From NCBI GenBank assembly GCA_045658525.1, contig JAZOVD010000030.1:25714-89713 (forward strand): 64,000 bases of DNA, read 5' to 3'. The notes beneath the pieces were generated by a model. It was not told the origin of the DNA and did no database searches. It saw only the letters and a program-made list of their open reading frames with translations. Numbering within the stretch: the first letter of the stretch is position 1; each line of letters starts with the position of its first letter. Shown here one piece after another: positions 62,494 through 64,000 of the stretch. A program made the position numbers and the translations under genes. The DNA comes from Eubacteriales bacterium. Lineage in GTDB: Bacteria > Bacillota > Clostridia > Oscillospirales > CAG-272.

Positions 62494-64000
62494 ATGCCAA
62501 AAAGAAATCAGACAGACAACAAAGGCACGGAACGCGGAAGCCTTGGGCTTCTCGGAATACTTGCGATGGCTCTTGCGCCTGTGATAGCCATTGTTTTTGC
62601 CGTGTTCTGTTATGTTGAAAAAAATCTCGTAGGTGTAAAGCTCAGCTTGTTGCTCGTAGTAGCGTACGTATGTATTATGGCAATAGTGGGAGTAGTTACT
62701 TACATCTACAAGAAAAGCAACCATTTAAAGGCGCTTGAAAGCAGGCGCGTAAAACAGACCGATGATTTCCCGTTGGGAGTTCTGGCGAGGTTTGAACAGC
62801 CTATCGCGGTCTGTGACGACGAGGGAAAGATAGTCTGGATGAACTGGAAGTTCGCCAACCGCTCGCCAAGACAGGTGCTTATAGGAGATGACGTCAATAT
62901 CCTCAACGTGCTCAACTTCAAGGACAGTGAATACGTTGGCGACAGCGATATGCTCGAACCTCCGTCCGCGCTTTCGGCAAACGCGCTTCTCACGAAGCTT
63001 GCGGAAAAGCGTATTGGAGCGACGGCTAAGGGAGTTAAGGGCTTTGGCGGTGAATGGACAGTGTATTCCTACTACCATCCGTCGAATGCCGCGGACTTCT
63101 ATATCATTGTTCTGACCGAGGATACCGTTCGTAACGACTGGATAAACCGTTATCACGATAACCTCGTCCATATAGCGTATATAGCGATAGATAACCTTGA
63201 AGAGCTTGCGCAGTCCGAGCAGGAAAGCTACAGAAACGCGTCAACTCAGGTAGATGCTATAATCAAGGAATGGGCAAGCGAATACGAGGCGTTTATAAAA
63301 GAGTACGAGCGTGAGAAATACGTCGTTATGGTGACGCATAAGGCTCTTGCCGCTATCGAAAAGAAACGCTTCGATATACTCGAAAGAGTCAGCCGCATAC
63401 ACATAGGCTCGGAAAATCTTTCCGTAACCGTTTCGATGGGAGTTTCGCCCGAAACGGGAACGCTTGAAGAAAAGGATAAGTCAGCTCAGGGCGCGCTTGA
63501 GACCGCGCTTCAACGAGGCGGAAATCAGGTCGTCGTTATGGGCGAGACGACTCGCTTCTACGGCGCGAAGGCTATAACCTCTCTTAAACGCTCGGGAGTT
63601 CGTCACAGAGTGTTTGCAGATAAGCTTATGCACCGTATGAACGCCTGCTCTAACGTCATAATAATGGGTCACAGAAACCCCGACTTTGACGCTATCGGCT
63701 CTTGCGCGGGTATCGCGAGACTCGCGCTTTCAGTAGGCAAGCCGACCAATATAATAGCGAATAAGGACGACCCGACGTTAAGAGATTGCTTTGCTAAGCT
63801 CCTTACCATTCCCGAATATGAAAATATATTCGTTGATGCGACCGATGCTCAGGAAAAGCTCACCTCGGACACGCTCGTTATATGCTCTGACGTAAATAAT
63901 CCCGATAACTTCGAGGCGATAAACGTCGCTAAGAACGCGGATTATCTCTTTATAATCGACCACCACAGACAGAGCGAGAAAACGTGGGAGGCTATACACG
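62494..64000 (+). CDS. gdpP: c-di-AMP phosphodiesterase GdpP (5' part, runs off the window); absent from the ORF track
   Basis: I translated 502 codons without a stop. There are two N-terminal TM helices, a PAS-like region and a degenerate GGDEF region (VTVSMGVS...RGGNQVVV). The DHH motifs are MGHRNPDFDAIGS and FIIDHH. RBS ACGGAGGG. Confidence 0.85.
   Translation, partial: MPKRNQTDNKGTERGSLGLLGILAMALAPVIAIVFAVFCYVEKNLVGVKLSLLLVVAYVCIMAIVGVVTYIYKKSNHLKALESRRVKQTDDFPLGVLARFEQPIAVCDDEGKIVWMNWKFANRSPRQVLIGDDVNILNVLNFKDSEYVGDSDMLEPPSALSANALLTKLAEKRIGATAKGVKGFGGEWTVYSYYHPSNAADFYIIVLTEDTVRNDWINRYHDNLVHIAYIAIDNLEELAQSEQESYRNASTQVDAIIKEWASEYEAFIKEYEREKYVVMVTHKALAAIEKKRFDILERVSRIHIGSENLSVTVSMGVSPETGTLEEKDKSAQGALETALQRGGNQVVVMGETTRFYGAKAITSLKRSGVRHRVFADKLMHRMNACSNVIIMGHRNPDFDAIGSCAGIARLALSVGKPTNIIANKDDPTLRDCFAKLLTIPEYENIFVDATDAQEKLTSDTLVICSDVNNPDNFEAINVAKNADYLFIIDHHRQSEKTWEAIH

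Noticed and set aside
1-64000. A search for CRISPR arrays, tRNA/rRNA genes, riboswitches (including a c-di-AMP riboswitch ahead of the cation transporters), prophage or integrase genes, reverse transcriptases and toxin-antitoxin pairs.
   Set aside because: I saw no regularly spaced direct repeats, no tRNA-like T-arm/acceptor patterns and no recognisable riboswitch cores. The 9159-9219 leader is only about 60 nt with a 5-bp hairpin. No integrase or RT motifs were found. A covariance-model scan (Rfam, tRNAscan) would be needed to be certain.

Overview
A 64-kb chromosomal segment that looks like a Firmicutes/Clostridia genome. The gene order yggS-sepF-yggT-ileS-lspA-rluD is typical of that group. 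Ile is mostly ATA, NCG codons are abundant, and TTG/GTG starts behind GGAGG-type ribosome-binding sites (RBS) are frequent.

Most of the window is housekeeping:
- Shikimate pathway: aroE/aroK fusion, aroB, aroA, aroC.
- tRNA and ribosome functions: miaA, ileS, metG, truB, rluD, rbfA, rsgA, nrnA-like.
- Envelope and division: sepF, yggT, lspA, ddl.
- Ion transport: a CDF transporter and a CPA2 antiporter.
- A fucose block: fucI, a GH29 fucosidase, an SGNH esterase, an AraC regulator and a binding lipoprotein.
- Others: lexA, comM/yifB, comEC, rapZ, coaW, and the 5' part of gdpP. gdpP runs off the window end and is missing from the ORF track.

No rRNA, tRNA or CRISPR array was seen.

Main non-core observations, with the strongest candidates first:
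1. An AT-rich two-gene island at 31.9-36.0 kb. It encodes a secreted multidomain protein (DNRLRE-like, ricin-type lectin-like, CHAT/caspase-like His-Cys C-terminus) and a translationally coupled Tyr-rich membrane protein. The compositional break lies inside the first ORF, as in polymorphic effector/immunity modules. This is my best candidate for an undescribed system.
2. A self-contained nucleotidyltransferase cassette at 5.5-6.5 kb, nested between the two arms of what looks like a former bidirectional terminator hairpin.
3. Six co-oriented DnaA boxes within 165 bp at 46.86-47.02 kb, far from any dnaA gene.
4. Several dispersed hairpin repeat families, plus the 3' end of a RAYT/IS200-like transposase gene at the window edge. 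One repeat family sits directly against consensus promoters of an Mrr-like nuclease gene and of comM.
5. A decayed glycyl-radical enzyme plus activase locus.
6. A serpin lipoprotein with an atypical hinge.

All family assignments come from motif recognition by eye. No database search was run.
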